64,000 bases of DNA, taken from NCBI RefSeq assembly GCF_009914755.1, contig NC_060926.1. One strand, 5' to 3'. The notes under the pieces were generated by a model. That model saw only the letters and a program-made list of their open reading frames with translations. It was not told the DNA's origin and ran no database searches. Origin of the DNA: the human T2T-CHM13v2.0 reference genome, Homo sapiens. Of this stretch, positions 60,118-64,000 are shown one piece after another. The position numbers were made by a program, and so were the translations under genes. Numbering within the stretch: the stretch's first letter is position 1; the number at the start of each line of letters is the position of its first letter.

Positions 60118-61299
60118 CCAAATGGAATTATATCAAGTTAAACAGCTTCTGCACAGAAAAGAAAACAGTCAACAAGCTGAAGAGAAAACCCATAAAATGG
60201 GAGAACATATTTGCAAATTACCCATCTGACAAGTAATAAATACTCAGAATAAATAAGGAGCTCAAACAACTCAGGAATAAAAACAAATAATCCAATTTTA
60301 AAATGGCAAAAGATATGAATAGACATTTCTCAAAAGGAAACATACAAATGGCCAACAGGTATATGCAAAAATGCTCAACATCATTAATCATCAGAGAAAT
60401 ACAAATCAAAACTGCAATGAGAGATCATCTTACCCCAGTTAAAACAGTTTTATCCAAAAAGATAACAAATGCTGGTGATCATGTGGAGAAAGAAAGATCC
60501 CCATATACTGTTGGTGGGAATGTAAACTAGTACAGCCACTATGGAGAACAGTATGGAGATTCCTCAGAGAACTAAAATTAGAACTGTTGTATGATCCAGC
60601 TACTGGGATCCCACCACTGGGTATATACCCTAAATAAAATAAATTAGTATATTGAAGAAATACCTGCCCTCCCATGTTTATTGCAGAACAATTCACAATA
60701 GCCAAGATATATACTCAATCCAAGTGTCCATCAACGAGTGAATGAAAAACAACAAAAATGTGGCATGTGTACACAATAGATTATTATTCAGCCATCGAAA
60801 GGAATGCAGTCTTGCCATTTGCAACAACATGGATGGAACTGGAGGAAATTATATTAAGTTGAATAAGCCAGGAACAGAAAGACAAATATCACATGTTCTC
60901 ACTAGTATATCAGAGCTAAAAAAAATATTCAACTAACAAAGATAGACAGTAGAATGATGGTTGCCAGAGACTGGAAAGAATAGTGAGGAAAGGGGGATAA
61001 AGAAGGGATAGTTGATGGATACAAAAACACAGTTGGTAGAAAGAATAGCATCTAGTGTTTGGTAGTACATTATGGTGGCTACAGTTAACAGTAATTTATT
61101 GTTTATTTTACAATAACTAAAAGATTAAAACTGAAGTGTTCCTAACACAAAGAAATGATAAACGCTTCAGGTTATGGATTCCCCAATTACCCTGATTTGA
61201 TCATTACACACTGTAACCTTGTATCAGGCTGTCACATGTACCCCATAAATATGGGCTATTAGTATGTATCCATAAGAATTAAAAGTAAAAATATATTTT
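60118..61299 (+). mobile_element. L1MA 3' ~1.2-kb insertion
   Basis: ORF2 peptide [31 protein letters not shown]; 14-bp TSD TTCAAAGTT(C/T)ATGT at 60104-60117 and 61300-61313. Confidence 0.88.
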
Positions 61300-62098
61300 T
61301 TCAAAGTTTATGTGAAGATCTGAGGTCCACAGTCAACATCTATGACAAAGTGAAGGCTAGGTCCAGTTCTAAGGGCTGGCCCAAAGTCTATGTCTAAGGA
61401 TAAAGACTACATCCAAGGTCAAAGTCCAAGGTACATTCCCATAATTCAAGATATTGTCCACGTTCAAGGTCCAGGTCTAATATCAGTTCTAACATCTAGG
61501 TCAAATTCATTTCCATGTTCAAGATTCAATGTCCAAGATAAGGTAAAGATCCAGGGTCAAGAGCATAGTTTTAAGGTTCAGGTTCACATCTATGTCTAGG
61601 ATTGAGGTTTGTGTTGAAATTCCAGGTCTAAGGTCAGGTGCAGGTCAAGATCTGAGATTCAAGTTTATGATTAGTTGTCTAGGTCCAATCTCAGTGACTA
61701 AAGCCCAAGTGCACAACCATGGAGCATAATTAAGGTCAGATTCGAGGTTCTGGATGAATACAGTGTCAAGTTTTAGGCCCCACATCCAGTTCCAGTGTCC
61801 AAGTTCAGGTGCTAAATTCAAGTTAAAGTACACGGTCAAGGCTTACACCAAGGTCTGAGATCCAGGTCTCCATCTGATGTCTAAGTTTGAAATCGTGGTT
61901 CAAGGTAAGTATAAAAGGTCCGAGGTCCAATTCCAATGTCCTTATTCAGTATAGGTTCATGGTCCATGTCCATAGTCAAGATCCAATATACATACCCTAG
62001 GTCCATTTCAGGTTCATGACTGGGGCACCCGTCCAACATCCAGGTCTAGATCCATGTCTAATGTCAGACCTAAATTCTAGATAAATTCAGGTTCTGAG
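61300..62098. repeat. Degenerate ~6-bp-period tandem array (AGGTCY/AAGTTC-like), starting at ~60086 before the L1 insertion
   Basis: Recurrent AGGTCC, AGGTCT, AGGTCA, AGGTTC, AAGTTC and ATGTCY units at roughly hexamer spacing. Confidence 0.75.
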
Positions 62099-63044
62099 TT
62101 TTTCTTCCCTCTTTTCTCTCATTGTATCTCCTTTACGACATGTGTTACTTCTTCTCGATTGTATCCCCCCTTTTTCTTCTTACCTCCCAATCTAACATAA
62201 GCTAATTCCCTAGGATTGTTCCTCCTTCTAGTCCATTAATTCTTTTATTTACCTCCTTTGACACCTCCTAATTCTCTCCAATATTCAGCCCTTATTTTTT
62301 CCTTTCTCTTGTCTTGTGATACCTGCTAATTCTCCATTATTTTCTTAAGTTTTATAACATCAAAAAAGCTCTTATCAATGCTTTCTGTCTTTCTATGGCA
62401 GCTGCTCAGTGCAGGACTGAAAATCAGACCTGGAACAAGGATCTCATCTGAGTACAATTGCTATATCTAGACAAAGACTTATCCTTTGAGTGAAGAAGAT
62501 CACGTTGACAGATATACCCCTATAATGTGAACAAATACAATCTAGTTTCAGGATTTTAATACTTAATGAATCCTACTATGTTGGTACTATATATAATTGG
62601 TGACCCCACTTCCCTGGCTACACCCATCCATTAGCTGTAGGATTTATGAATATACAGATTAGAAAATCTTAATATGTTAATTCATATAGGATATGAAGGC
62701 CTTTACTGGGAGGTAACCAGCTCCTCTATGTTATTATTAATGAAATGATATGGTCAGAATTGGAACTTAGATAATTCATAAACAAAAGTGCTCTATTGAA
62801 GGCCTTTGAAAATGTGGCTTAAACTTATAAACTATAAAAGAAAGTATTAATAACATCCTTTACACCTAATAAAACACTTCTATAATGCAAAATATTTTTA
62901 AAAAGCTAAGTCCAAAGACAAAACTAGGAACAAACATTTTAACTTATGCCAAAAATATACACAAATATGTAATGATTTTCTATAAATTGATTTTTAAGAC
63001 CAACAACTCAATATGAACAGGCTGTTCACAGTAATGGAAATAGT

Positions 63045-63384
<340 letters not shown>

Positions 63385-64000
63385 TAAACATACAAAAAAA
63401 TTATGATTAACCTATTATAAATATGCTAATGTATAATAAAATAATTGCAAATTAAAACTTCACTGAATCATTTGGGATCCCTCTGTTCTCTGCTCCAATT
63501 TTTCTAGAAACCTAAAACTGCTCAAAATTAAAGTCTATTAATTAAAATAAAACTTCACTGAATCTATCAAACTGGCAAAGATCTAGATGTTTCATTACAA
63601 ACCATGTGAGCAAGACTGTGAGGAAGCAGAATCCTCATACGTAAGATAAATTGGTGTCATGCCTCCCCCTCTAGAGGGTAATTTGGTCATATTTATCAAA
63701 ATTAAAAATGCACACTTCTTTTGACCCTTGAATTTTACTTCTTGATATTTATTCTGCAGATACAATTACATACATGCAAAATTAAGTGTGTTCAAAGATC
63801 CTTATTACAAGATTATTAGTAACTAGAGAAGAAAGGAAATAATCTAAATATGTATCAAATGAGAAGAATAAATACCATGATATCTCCAGCTAGTACAATA
63901 TGAGTCAACAGTCCCTGAGCCAGAAGTGTTTCGGAATTCAGAATTCTTTTACTGAAAGATAATATGGTGATAGCATATTACATCACACTTCCAGAAGGGT

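Noticed and set aside
62100-62350. Pyrimidine-rich tract as a possible splice acceptor or triplex site
   Set aside because: Low-complexity and interrupted, with no associated exon; not enough support.

Overview
Human genomic DNA, recognisable as part of the REG C-type lectin cluster (2p12 from recall). It contains three six-exon paralogues: intact REG1A (+, 166 aa), the unprocessed pseudogene/lncRNA REG1CP (-, tail-to-tail with REG1A) and intact REG3A (-, 175 aa, EPN motif). Most of the rest is transposon-derived: a MaLR element, Tigger1, a ~7.3-kb ERVL-class provirus with both LTRs, a ~13.5-kb nested L1 block, a ~7.2-kb HERV-W processed (L1-retroposed) copy upstream of REG3A, and many Alus. 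Less obvious observations: a gene-less fourth copy of the REG promoter ~5 kb upstream of REG1A; selective loss of promoter elements in REG1CP; a second gag-like tract and a gamma-type env remnant inside the ERVL; a degenerate hexamer array with a perfect DR5 and other nuclear-receptor half-sites; and a ~95% identical local duplication of an old L1 tail. All alignments were made by eye, and repeat subfamily names are from recall and tentative.
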